A DNA stretch of 64,000 nt, taken from Tepidiformaceae bacterium (GTDB lineage: Bacteria > Chloroflexota > Dehalococcoidia > Tepidiformales > Tepidiformaceae). This document shows, in pieces, positions 36,446 to 45,990 of this stretch. The position numbers were made by a program, and so were the translations under genes. The stretch is taken from positions 630,864-694,863 of the forward strand of contig OZ220739.1 of the NCBI GenBank assembly GCA_965116915.1. Reading direction: 5' to 3'. The first letter of the stretch is position 1, and each line of letters begins with the position of its first letter. The notes beneath the pieces are model-generated. The model was not told the origin of the DNA. It saw only the letters and a list, made by a program, of their open reading frames with translations, and did no database searches.

Positions 36446-36480
36446 GGGGGAGACCGTCGCTCGACAGGACGATCTCCCCC
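36446..36480. terminator. GC-rich hairpin (13-bp stem with 1 mismatch, 9-nt loop)
   Basis: GGGGGAGACCGTC gctcgacag GACGATCTCCCCC, read directly. It sits just after the stop of the helicase-tail remnant. There is no U-tract, so its function is uncertain. Confidence 0.35.
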
Positions 36481-36491
36481 TGGGCACCCAG

Positions 36492-36579
36492 TCAGTTACC
36501 TCCGGCAGCCGGCTGTGCCCCCCGTTCTCGTTCCAGCGCCCACTCGAAGAGCTGGACCGTCGGGGCTTCGCCGCGGCAG
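36492..36579 (-). pseudogene. Extreme 3' tail of the SNF2-like helicase (last ~29 codons only)
   Basis: The minus strand reads RCRGEAPTVQLFEWALERERGAQPAAGGN-stop. The intact helicase ends RRDEAPTLSLFEWALEREQEGALAA-stop, and the other copies end EAPTLSLFEWA.... Confidence 0.65.
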
Positions 36580-36659
36580 CGGCCATGAGTGGCAACCGCA
36601 GCTGGGAGCCCACGCGGGTACAGAAGCGTGGGGCTGGCCCTAGACCTCGCTGTCAATAC

Positions 36660-36788
36660 GGTTGGGACACCCCCTGGTGGAGAGTCATCAGGGCGGATGG
36701 GACGCTCGGCACTCCTCCTGAGTGGCACCAGCGCGAGCTGCTGAACCTTGAGGGGCATGACTTTCCAATGCGTCCGCACGAGCACTAG
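36660..36788 (+). pseudogene. C-terminal fragment of an ATL/MGMT-like gene (paralogue of 13332-13817)
   Basis: GWDTPWWRVIRADGTLGTPPEWHQRELLNLEG compares to GWHGPWWRVTGKGGEIKTPREWHQREILDAEA in the full gene. The N-terminal DNA-binding part is missing. Confidence 0.6.
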
Positions 36789-36921
36789 AGGCCGCTCTGA
36801 CCCCCCCTCGAGTGGTTGTGTTGCGTTCGCCGCCGGTACGAGGCGGTCGCGGATCGCTCAGGCCTGTATTTCCCGCCTCATCGGCTGGGCTTCCACGAGG
36901 AGCCGAATGGCTGCATCGTTA

Positions 36922-39900
36922 TCACCAAGCACGAAGGCGATCAGGCTCAAACACCAACTCGGGAACCACGACCTCCCATGTCTCAACGCGCAGCCCCTCT
37001 TGGTGTTCCAGAGCAGTCAGCGCTCGCTCCCAAGTGACTATTGCTAGCACCGTGGCGTCGACACAGCGCATTCCTTGTGGCGGTTCGAACCCCTGGGCAA
37101 GCTGCCCCACGACCGTTCCCCGGCTGTCCAGCAGCGTCCAGCGCCCCTCCTGAGGCCGTACTTCAAGCTGGTCGCCTGATACCAGAGCACCGATTGCTTT
37201 GTGGATCCTGTGGTTGGGCGATCGGTATCCCGCGAAGCTGATAAACACGTCACGCAGGCTCACCCGGACGTATCGCCGGGCGAGCTCCGAAACCCGTAGC
37301 GAGGTCGCCGACGCTCCTTCCCGCTGGAGCACCGCTGGCAGATCGCGAAGAGGCTCTTGGAGAGGTTGGGCGCTAGCGAGCCGCATCAGGCTCAAGGTGT
37401 GCCGCGCCCTGGTCATCGCGACGTAGTAGAGGCGGCGTGGGGCGTCGGGGTCTTCACCTTGGCCTACGCGGTGCCAGCCACCGTCGAGCACGATCGCATG
37501 GTCGAACTCCAATCCCTTTGCTCGGTGGGCGGTCAGGAGCAGCAGGCCGTATTGCCGGCGTCGTGCCTCCCTGCTCCACTCGGCAAGCCACTCGATTGCG
37601 TGGTCGCGGGGCGTTTCCACGCCCCCGGTCTCCAACTCGTACTCCTCAATGGCCTCTCGCAGGAACGTGTTCCACGGGGTGTCCGGCTGCCCTGCCAGCC
37701 GAGCCTCAATTTCCGCCGTAGCAACCACCCCGGAGCCCCGTTCTCGCAGCCAGTTGATCAGCGCCTGAGTCTCCCGCAGCCGCCAGACGGACGAGATCTC
37801 CTCATGCGCCAGTTGGGAGGGGATGCCCTCGAGTTCGCAGAGGGTGCGTACAGGGTCCAGGAAGCTCCACTCGCGGGCGATGACGGCGCAACGGGACCAG
37901 TCCCAGTCCGGGTCGAGCGACGCCAGCCGTTGCAGCTCCGTGACGGCGGATCGCGCCTGTGAGAGCGGGGTGTCGCCCGCCGTGAGTATCTGGACCCGCC
38001 CCTGGGTTACAGGGTCACGACGCTCCCAGGTGCCGCCGGCATCTGCGTCGCGCCGAGCACGATCGACGCCGAGCGGGTGCCCGGCCTTCATGCGCTCCCG
38101 CGCCGGTGCGATCACGGCGTTCGCCGCCTCGACGATGTGCTTCGTCGAGCGGTAGTTTCCCGTGAGGTAGGACAGTCGAGCGTCGTAGTCCGCTTCGAAG
38201 CGACGGATGAACTCCACTGAGGCGCCAGCGAATGCATAGATGTTCTGGTCGTCGTCCCCGACTGCCAGCAGGGTCAACTTGCTGTCGGCGTCGTTCAGGG
38301 TCTTGCCGGCGAGGGCGGAGATGAGCTCGTACTGGGCTGGTGCTAGATCCTGGTACTCGTCGATGAGCACCCAGCGGAACCCAGCAAGAAGACGGCCCCG
38401 GACATCGTCCGCTTCCTCCGGCGGCAGGCCGTCGCCCCGCAATAGTGCGATCGCCTGCCTAAGGACTTCGTCGAAGTCCTCCGTGTCCGGCTGACCGGCA
38501 CGTCCTGCGTAGCTCGCTCCCAGCAGCCGCATGGCGAGCGCGTGGCAAGTCATGACCGTCACACCACGGGCGTCTGCGCCCACAAGCTCGACGAGCCGGC
38601 GACGTATCTCGACCGCGGCGTGACGGTTGTAGGTCAGGGCGATGATGCTGCGCGGGTTCTCACGTCGGACACGGAGCAGGAAGGCGATGCGGTGGACAAT
38701 CACACGGGTCTTTCCGGACCCCGGTCCGGCCAACACCAGCACATTGGTTTGTTCTCGCTCGTCGGCCACGATGGCGCGCTGGTCGGGGTTCTTCAGGTCC
38801 GCGACGACGGCTTGCCACGACTCCGCCGTCGTTTGTCGGCCCAATTCAGCGTCCCGGTTGGGCAACCACCGGTGCAGGAAGTCGGCCTCTGGCAGGCTGA
38901 AGTAGTCCATTGCTAGTTGCAGCGCGCCCGTCATCGAGCGCAAGCCTTGCTCGGCGTACTCCGCCATCACATGGATCTGGCGGACCTGCTCGTCGTAGTG
39001 GATTCTGAGGGATGCGAAGTCGGTGGGGCTGAAACTGCGCCGGCGGTCACTGTCGATGCGGACTGTCATCGCGGGACGGAAGACGGTCAGACCTCGGTTC
39101 AGTTGAATCACCTGCTGCTCGTGCAGCCACAGGAGCGCCCGCTCCATCAACTTGTCCGGGGTGCGCGCCCTGGCCCGGATCAAGAGGTCTTCCTGCAGGG
39201 CTCCAACCAACTTTCCAAGCGTGGTCTCGGTGAGCAGGTCGACGCCCTGGACACCGGGGGGCAACGTGCCGAGCAGGTGGTCAAGCAGCCGAGCAGCTGC
39301 GGCGCGGCGAAGCTCCGCAGTGCGCTCAAGGTCACTCCACTTTCGTCGCAGCGTGACCTGGACGGTTTCGCGGTCGCGACGGCGCAGGCTGAGACTTCCC
39401 CCCACCCCCGCTTCGTCACGCCCATCGGCCGCGATACTGCGCATGTGCTCCCACAGCAGCTCCTGCAGCACACCTTCATGTCCTTCGGCCTTGAGGCGGG
39501 CTGTCGCGTGCCGCAGGTGGAGCGGTGATGTGTCTCCTGGATCCAGATCGGGAGCCGCCTCACGCAGGAGGCCAATCAACGCGACCTCACGTGTCATTGC
39601 CGCTTGCAGGCGGTTTCGGGACGAGTTGGCCACGCCCGCGTGGACGAATGCTGTGATCGCCGTGTCGTTGCTGGCGATACCGAGATCGGCGAGGTCGTGG
39701 AGCGCCGCCCGCACATCGGCGGGACTCAACCCGACGGCCGACATGAGCTCGTCCGTGGAGAGACCCTGGTCGGAGGGTGCCTCGAATAGGATCTCCACGA
39801 CTTTGAGCAGCTTCTCTTGGTATGCCGCTGTGATCTGCGAACGGGCCAGTCGGGTCCGCGCGTCTTCGACCGAACTCACGCGCAGGGATGAAGGAAACAC

Positions 39901-42045
39901 CCGAACCTGGTTCTCTTCCCGCGAGACCAGCATGGCGTCCTCGAGCCAAGCGACCGCGGTACGAACCCGCGTGTCGTCGGTCGCTGAGTCCCGCTCGAAC
40001 TCCTTCTCCTCGTCCTCAAGGAGAATCTCCCCAGGCGTGGCTACGACCTCACCGTCGAGTCTGTGCCTGCGGTCCAGGCTGCGGAGGGCTCGCAGGACCG
40101 CCTGAATCTCGTGTCGCTGCAGCCGCGAGCGCGCTGCCAGGCCGAACTGCCGCTCCACGTCCTTGGCCGTGTAGAGAAGGATGCAGCGGGCGGCCTTTTG
40201 GTCCCGTCCCGCCCGTCCCGCCTCCTGCAGGTAGTTCTCCAGCGACCCTGGAATGTCGGCGTGGATCACGACGCGAACATCGGGCTTGTCGATGCCCATG
40301 CCAAACGCGCTGGTGGCGGCGATGACCTTCAGTTCCCCGCCAATGAACCCCTCCTGGACACTTCGCTTGGTGTCGGGGAGGAGTCCAGCGTGAAAGTGGT
40401 CGGCGGACAGGCCCTTGTCACGCAGGAAGGCCGCCATCTGTTCAGTGCGCGCGCGGGTCGAGCAGTACACGATGGCGCCGCCCCCGGTGTCCTCCGTCAA
40501 CTCCGCTTCTAGCAGCTGGTGCACGCTGGCGAACTTCTGGTCGTCGCTGGTCTCGACCACGACGAACTCCAGATTCGTCCGTTGAGAGCCGGCGTCGAAC
40601 ACCTGCAGCTCGATGCCGAGGCTGTCCTGGAAGTACTTCACGATGTCGGTGGTCACGTCGGGCTTCGCGGTTGCCGTCAGACACCAGACAGGCGGAGGAG
40701 CGGCGTCCCCGGCCCGCTCGCGGATGAAGCGGCCGATGTACCGGTAGTCGGGGCGGAAGTCGTGTCCCCACTGCGAGAGGCAATGCGCCTCGTCCACCAC
40801 CCACGCGCCAACTTCGCGCTGTTCCAGCGCCCTGCGGACGGAGACACTTCGAAGCTGCTCAGGCGAGATCAGGAGGATGCCGGCGTCCCCGAGGCGAACG
40901 CGGTCAAGCGCGTCGCCTCGTTCGGGCATCGATAGCATCCCGTTGACGGTCACGCCTGCGCTGATTCCCCGCCTCTCCAGCCCTGCAACCTGATCCGCCA
41001 TGAGGGCCACCAGCGGTGAAATCACGACAGTGAGCGCACCCGTCTTCGCGTATCGCGACAACGCTGGCACCTGGTAGCACAGCGACTTCCCGGCACCGGT
41101 CGGCAGAATGGCGAGGAGGTTTCCTCCGGCCATGGCGGCCTCGACGACCTGCTTCTGGACGGGTTGCCCGTCATCGTCGGCAGGTTCGGCTCGAAAGTCG
41201 TCGAAGCCGAACCACCGCTTCAGCTCCTTGCGGGCGTCGTGCCTCTCCCGGCACCACTCGCATCCCGGCTCGATGCAGGCGCGGTCGCGGAGGCGCTCCA
41301 CGAGCCGGTCCGCTTCGGGGAACTGGTGGCGGACCCACGGGGGCATCACCGAGTTACCCTCCGCCACCGAGAGCCATGCGAGAGTGTAGGCCAGAGGCCA
41401 TGCATGCACTTGGGCATCGGCCAGTGCACCCCGCGAAGCCGGGGAGCACGCGCGCCCTTCGAGGCAGGCGAGTGTGGCGGCCCTTCCCTCTTCCTCGTTC
41501 GGACGGCTCGCACCGCGCACCCGCGAGAAGGCGAGATCGAAGCCCGCCATCCCCTCGTCAAGGGTGGTCAGCCAGTGCCAAGCGGTCAGCAACTGGGGAC
41601 TGGCGCGACGGAGCGCTTCGTACTGGTCGGCGAAGAGTTCAAGCGCCAGGAGGGAGTCTAGGTGAGGGTCGTTCAGGCGGCCGCGCTTGAGTCCGCCTTC
41701 CTGGTAGTGCTTGACCAGGTGGTGGTAGGGATTCGCGGGGTGAGCCAGCGGACTCAAACGGAGGGTGTCGATGACGGGCAGCCCGAGGAGGCGGAGGTCG
41801 GGATGCGCGGCGCGAAGGTGGGGAAGGTCGAACGCGATGATGTTGTGACCGAGCAGGGCGTCCACGCCGGCTCCGAGTTCATCAAGAGCGGAGAGCGCCT
41901 CGGGCAACGTCTGCGATGTCCCTGGGAGTGTTACCGGCGTATCGGCGTCAGTGCGCACTCCGCCCAGCGCGTAGATGCCTCCATCCCCCGGACTTACCTC
42001 GAGGTCCACGGAGAGGCAGCGGATGAGGAGGGGGGTGTAGTCCAT
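36922..42045 (-). CDS. Triple-fusion protein: DEDD (DnaQ-like) 3'-5' exonuclease + RecQ helicase + UvrD/Rep-type helicase (1707 aa)
   Basis: Exo motifs SVDLEV, GHNIIAFDLPHL, PHLDSLLALELF (about 41480-42045). RecQ: ILPTGAGKSLCYQVPAL, VVDEAHCLSQWGHDFRPDY, ATSAFGMGIDKPDVRVVIH, QEAGRAGRD (about 39900-41200). UvrD: VLAGPGSGKT, LIDEYQDL, VGDDDQNIYAF, GNYRST, HRAKGLEFD, YVAMTRAR (about 37400-38800). Confidence 0.9.
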   Translation of the reverse strand: MDYTPLLIRCLSVDLEVSPGDGGIYALGGVRTDADTPVTLPGTSQTLPEALSALDELGAGVDALLGHNIIAFDLPHLRAAHPDLRLLGLPVIDTLRLSPLAHPANPYHHLVKHYQEGGLKRGRLNDPHLDSLLALELFADQYEALRRASPQLLTAWHWLTTLDEGMAGFDLAFSRVRGASRPNEEEGRAATLACLEGRACSPASRGALADAQVHAWPLAYTLAWLSVAEGNSVMPPWVRHQFPEADRLVERLRDRACIEPGCEWCRERHDARKELKRWFGFDDFRAEPADDDGQPVQKQVVEAAMAGGNLLAILPTGAGKSLCYQVPALSRYAKTGALTVVISPLVALMADQVAGLERRGISAGVTVNGMLSMPERGDALDRVRLGDAGILLISPEQLRSVSVRRALEQREVGAWVVDEAHCLSQWGHDFRPDYRYIGRFIRERAGDAAPPPVWCLTATAKPDVTTDIVKYFQDSLGIELQVFDAGSQRTNLEFVVVETSDDQKFASVHQLLEAELTEDTGGGAIVYCSTRARTEQMAAFLRDKGLSADHFHAGLLPDTKRSVQEGFIGGELKVIAATSAFGMGIDKPDVRVVIHADIPGSLENYLQEAGRAGRDQKAARCILLYTAKDVERQFGLAARSRLQRHEIQAVLRALRSLDRRHRLDGEVVATPGEILLEDEEKEFERDSATDDTRVRTAVAWLEDAMLVSREENQVRVFPSSLRVSSVEDARTRLARSQITAAYQEKLLKVVEILFEAPSDQGLSTDELMSAVGLSPADVRAALHDLADLGIASNDTAITAFVHAGVANSSRNRLQAAMTREVALIGLLREAAPDLDPGDTSPLHLRHATARLKAEGHEGVLQELLWEHMRSIAADGRDEAGVGGSLSLRRRDRETVQVTLRRKWSDLERTAELRRAAAARLLDHLLGTLPPGVQGVDLLTETTLGKLVGALQEDLLIRARARTPDKLMERALLWLHEQQVIQLNRGLTVFRPAMTVRIDSDRRRSFSPTDFASLRIHYDEQVRQIHVMAEYAEQGLRSMTGALQLAMDYFSLPEADFLHRWLPNRDAELGRQTTAESWQAVVADLKNPDQRAIVADEREQTNVLVLAGPGSGKTRVIVHRIAFLLRVRRENPRSIIALTYNRHAAVEIRRRLVELVGADARGVTVMTCHALAMRLLGASYAGRAGQPDTEDFDEVLRQAIALLRGDGLPPEEADDVRGRLLAGFRWVLIDEYQDLAPAQYELISALAGKTLNDADSKLTLLAVGDDDQNIYAFAGASVEFIRRFEADYDARLSYLTGNYRSTKHIVEAANAVIAPARERMKAGHPLGVDRARRDADAGGTWERRDPVTQGRVQILTAGDTPLSQARSAVTELQRLASLDPDWDWSRCAVIAREWSFLDPVRTLCELEGIPSQLAHEEISSVWRLRETQALINWLRERGSGVVATAEIEARLAGQPDTPWNTFLREAIEEYELETGGVETPRDHAIEWLAEWSREARRRQYGLLLLTAHRAKGLEFDHAIVLDGGWHRVGQGEDPDAPRRLYYVAMTRARHTLSLMRLASAQPLQEPLRDLPAVLQREGASATSLRVSELARRYVRVSLRDVFISFAGYRSPNHRIHKAIGALVSGDQLEVRPQEGRWTLLDSRGTVVGQLAQGFEPPQGMRCVDATVLAIVTWERALTALEHQEGLRVETWEVVVPELVFEPDRLRAW

Positions 42046-42293
42046 GAGCGATGATGAAATTCAAGGGGGTGTACGCCCACTTCGGGATGGTACTTCAGAA
42101 GGTAGGCTTCAAAGAGGGGGCGATTATGGCACGTGCGAGCGGGTTGGGCGGCTGTGTTCCGCGAGACTGCGCGACGCCCATTCCTGCCAATGCTGCCTGC
42201 CTGTACGGAGGAGCACCCATGGGCATGGAACGCCAGAAGGTGGTAGGCGGCGGGTAGGGGGAAGAGTGAGACGGCTCACCACAGCTTGATGGT

Positions 42294-43070
42294 TTAGTCA
42301 GACCGCGGGGCGGCTGTTGCAGCGACAGCCGCTTTGTGGGCGGCCTCGATTCTAGTGAGCGCCGAGCTCACTAGCGCCAGCACTGCCTCCGTCTCTTCCG
42401 GGTTTGGCGGTACGTCGTTGTGGGCAACGGGATTGCGGCTCAACGCGTAGAGGCCCTTGAAGAGATGCAGGTAACCTTCGCGCTCATGCGCATCCAGGAA
42501 CTGTGTGGTGACGGATCCTCCGCCGAAGAGTCGGCCTGCGAGGCTGTCGCCGTCTGTACCGGCCGGGAGGTTGAACATCTCTACCATGCGAGTCTTGAAG
42601 ATGGCCCACGCCTCCCTAACTGCGGCGTTCAGTTGACCGTTGGAGACATGAGGCTCCAGGCGGGAGTTGAGAGCTTGGTCGGAGGGCGAGTTTACGTTGT
42701 ACCACTCCTCAAACATGCCCAGAGCCTTGGGCATGTCGATGCTCACGATGTCGACTGGGTCATGTGCACAGCTCCCGGGAGCGCTCACCTGAAGGTAGTG
42801 GTTGATGAACCACAGGTGTCGCTCCAAGTGTGTGTGCTGTTCCACTTGGCTCTTGACCTCAGGGGGCAGCGCTGACTTGAACTCGTCGACGGCTCCCCGC
42901 AGCAGAATCGTCTGGTTGGTGAGGCCCGGCAAGTGGGCAGCAAAGACGCTACGAGCATCTGCGGCGACTTGCTGGTCACCGACACACTTAGACAGCGCCA
43001 CCGCGAGCCTGGTGGCCTCAGCCGACGCAGCCATTGCGAGGCTATAAACATGAGCCCGGTAAGTGAGCAT
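42294..43070 (-). CDS. TIGR02391/Hypoth_Ymh-like protein
   Basis: The C-terminal half (AVREAWAIFKTRMVEM...YLHLFKGLYALSRNPVAHNDVPPNPEETEAVLALVSSALTRIE) matches the conserved ...RNP.AH... core of that family. Same strand as the giant helicase, 249 bp upstream of it. Confidence 0.6.
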   Translation of the reverse strand: MLTYRAHVYSLAMAASAEATRLAVALSKCVGDQQVAADARSVFAAHLPGLTNQTILLRGAVDEFKSALPPEVKSQVEQHTHLERHLWFINHYLQVSAPGSCAHDPVDIVSIDMPKALGMFEEWYNVNSPSDQALNSRLEPHVSNGQLNAAVREAWAIFKTRMVEMFNLPAGTDGDSLAGRLFGGGSVTTQFLDAHEREGYLHLFKGLYALSRNPVAHNDVPPNPEETEAVLALVSSALTRIEAAHKAAVAATAAPRSD

Positions 43071-43460
43071 GGGCGATCGATTTTCTCACCCTGAACCCAT
43101 TCCGTCTCGCGTTTCCGACCGTGCACCATAACGTCGAGTCGGCCAGTACTCCCCCAACTCGAGAGGCACAGCGCCGCGCAGCACACCGGATGCGGGAGTG
43201 GACCGAGTGCTGATGAGGGGCCTGCCGCGCGGAGTCCGGGTGGCGGGAGGCCGCTACCCGAGGGCTGGTGTGGCCGCCCCTGGCCCACGGGCACCTAGTG
43301 GGACGAAGAGCATGCCCTGGCTGCGGCCTTGCCCAAAGATGCGTGTGGAGCGCGTCAACCGTCTGAGTAGATGGCTAGCACGACAGCAATGCGGGGCAGA
43401 ATGCAGGACAAGCTGCCTTCCCGGTACACTGCGGCTACAGTCAGAGCCTCCACAAACTGA

Positions 43461-43655
43461 GTGCATATGGCAACGTCACCGGAACTGGGTGAGAGTGAAC
43501 TCGAGAAAGTTCGGGATCTCTTAGATCGCGCGACTGGGGAGGAGCCCGGCGCCCCCGAGTCCCCGCCAGCTGACCGCACATTGACCCTCTTGTCGAAGCG
43601 GGACGACTTGCGGACCCTGGTCGGGCGGATGATAGCCGATGCGCTTCTCGATTGA
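43461..43655 (+). CDS. Small hypothetical ORF (62-64 aa) leading the SMC-SIR2 operon
   Basis: GTG 43461 or ATG 43467. Its 3' end overlaps the ATPase ATG (43639) by 17 nt. Short and acidic, so its coding status is uncertain. Confidence 0.35.
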   Translation: MHMATSPELGESELEKVRDLLDRATGEEPGAPESPPADRTLTLLSKRDDLRTLVGRMIADALLD

Positions 43656-45990
43656 CGCGGAGACTAGTGGCGGCCTGAGGGTCATTCCCACCATCCCGAA
43701 TATAGATAGATGTTGGCTGGAGGGCAGGAACGGCATCGGCAAGACCGTTGCCGTGCGACTCCTCGAACTTGTCGCCGGAAGGCAGCCTTTTCGGAGCGAC
43801 GGAGATGCTTGGGCTGCGCTGAAGGAGAATCTCGGCCCGACGACCGTCGTCATTAGTGAATTCCCTTCCACAGCCGAGATAGAGTCCATCCGTATTGAAC
43901 TCACACCCGACGAGTGGCCAGCTGACCCTGTCCCCCTGACGGCCGATCTGGGCCCAGTCTTCATAGATGGGAAGCAGCGCGACCACCACGCTCTACGCGA
44001 GTACTTTGACCTAGTGCGGATCGGAGGTGACGAAACTGTTGTCTCACAGCTAAGCAATCTAATTGGCGACGACTATGCCCTTGCGGCGCGCTCCAGAAGG
44101 TCGCTGGAGGACCTAGCTAGAGACGCAGGGTCAGTCCTAAACCCACTGATCATTGACATTGACCGGCTCTCCGAACCCGAGTTTGTGGCTGCTGACGAGG
44201 CTGTCCGAATCACCACAGAGGAGCTGGCCAGCGTTGACACCAAAGTCGAGAAGGCCTCAGAGCGGCAACTCGATCTTGAAGAGTTGATCAGGTTATCTGA
44301 TCTGCGGCAGCAGCAGGTGCGGCTTGGACCGGAGATTCGAGCATCACTCGATGCGGCCAAGTCGAGAGTGCGGGAGCTTACCGAAGCGAAGGAAGCGCTG
44401 ATGGAGCAGCTTCGGGCGTTAGTGCCAAGGCGCGCCGCCTTGCAGCAGCTCCAGCGCGATCTGGAGGAGCTGCAGAGGCGGCGGGACGGGCGCCGTAATC
44501 GGGCCGCGCGCTCCCACTCGACCGCTCAACAAGCCATGCAGGAAGCCGGTGTCGCAATCGACACCGTGGACTCGGTGTACCAACAGGCGCTCGATAAGCG
44601 AACCGAACTGCGCGGCGATCGCGCTGCCTTAGCCTCCCTTCCGGACGTACTTAAGCTGATCAACGATGCGCGATCACCCCTCGCTGATGTCGAGGGGTCA
44701 AGCCTTGACGACGAGGTTCTTGCAGTTATCGACAGCAGCGCACGGATGACAACCTCGGACCTGCGCGCCGGGCTCGATGCGCGAAGTGACGAATTGAAGC
44801 GAGATGTCTCATACGATCAGCTGGCGAAGATCGATGAGGATATCGCCAGGTCAACATCCCACATCAAACAGCTTTCGAATGTTCGCTCACTGATCCTAGA
44901 CGCGGACCGAAAAGCAACCCTCCTGCTTGAAGTCGAACGTGAGATCGAAGCAAAGGACGACCAGATTCGAGACTCGTCAGGAGACGAGTATTCCGAGGTG
45001 TCCGAGCGGCTCCATGTGGTGGAGTCGCAGATTGCCGAGGAGATCAAGCGTGAGGCTGAATTCCGAGTACATCTTGACTTGCTCAATCGAAGTGGAGGCG
45101 CATCTGCCTTGGACAGCAAGGTGGCGGACCTGGAGCAACGCCTGGACATCGCGGCCTCCGGGGCCAAGGATGCTCTTGGCGTTACCGTAGCGCTTCGTCA
45201 AGACCTAGCCGCTGAACAGCAACGTCTCCGCTACGAGCTCTCGTCCAAGAAGACACTACACCGTGACTTAGAGGACCAGCTCGTCCGGGCCCTTCAACTC
45301 ATCGCGCGGGGCGCCGACTACCAATGGCTCAGGGAGAGTGTGCCAGCTGGCACCATCCCACCAGTCAAGGCAGACCGCAGGGACGCGCTTCGACGGCTGG
45401 TGCGCCTGGCGGACGCGGCCCGACGCGTGCAGTCGGACGTTGACGCTTCGCTCAATCAAGTCGCCGCTGTCGAGGCGGCTCTAGACGCAATCAAACACTC
45501 GATAGCCACACACGCCGACCCAAGCCGGAATCGCTATGCCGAGAGCCTAATTGAGTGGTACCAGGGACAGATGGCGGACTACCTCTCCAACGAAGACATC
45601 CGTGAGGCCATATTCGATGGAGGCGAATTCCAGCAATTCGACCTCGTGAATGGGTTCGTGTCCTGGCGCACGAAGACGGGTGAGCAGAGGCGACGACCGA
45701 TCGAAGCGTTCTCGAGTGGGGAGCGAGCGTTTGCATACATGCTGGCTGCGATCCTGAGCCATGGTAGGTCCACGGCGCAGTACCGCGTATTCGTCCTCGA
45801 TGAGTTCGGTGCGTTCGTTGAGCAGAGCAGGAGAAGCCGTCTCTGGCACTTCCTCGACCAGCGGCTCCTGAAGGAAGGTCTGGCAGCTCAAGTCGTCGTG
45901 ATTTTGCCTTCGCAGGCGAGTCTGCCTGGAGCCTTCGACGGTGAACTGTTCGAGGCCGAAGACTACATTGCCAGGGACGCCGGGCCGTGA
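43639..45990 (+). CDS. SMC/Rad50-like ABC ATPase with a long coiled-coil insertion (783 aa)
   Basis: Walker A EGRNGIGKT at the N-terminus, ~450 aa of heptad-rich coiled coil, then signature-like FSSGERAF and Walker B YRVFVLDEFG at the C-terminus. The stop overlaps the next GTG (GTGA at 45987-45990). Confidence 0.8.
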   Translation: MRFSIDAETSGGLRVIPTIPNIDRCWLEGRNGIGKTVAVRLLELVAGRQPFRSDGDAWAALKENLGPTTVVISEFPSTAEIESIRIELTPDEWPADPVPLTADLGPVFIDGKQRDHHALREYFDLVRIGGDETVVSQLSNLIGDDYALAARSRRSLEDLARDAGSVLNPLIIDIDRLSEPEFVAADEAVRITTEELASVDTKVEKASERQLDLEELIRLSDLRQQQVRLGPEIRASLDAAKSRVRELTEAKEALMEQLRALVPRRAALQQLQRDLEELQRRRDGRRNRAARSHSTAQQAMQEAGVAIDTVDSVYQQALDKRTELRGDRAALASLPDVLKLINDARSPLADVEGSSLDDEVLAVIDSSARMTTSDLRAGLDARSDELKRDVSYDQLAKIDEDIARSTSHIKQLSNVRSLILDADRKATLLLEVEREIEAKDDQIRDSSGDEYSEVSERLHVVESQIAEEIKREAEFRVHLDLLNRSGGASALDSKVADLEQRLDIAASGAKDALGVTVALRQDLAAEQQRLRYELSSKKTLHRDLEDQLVRALQLIARGADYQWLRESVPAGTIPPVKADRRDALRRLVRLADAARRVQSDVDASLNQVAAVEAALDAIKHSIATHADPSRNRYAESLIEWYQGQMADYLSNEDIREAIFDGGEFQQFDLVNGFVSWRTKTGEQRRRPIEAFSSGERAFAYMLAAILSHGRSTAQYRVFVLDEFGAFVEQSRRSRLWHFLDQRLLKEGLAAQVVVILPSQASLPGAFDGELFEAEDYIARDAGP

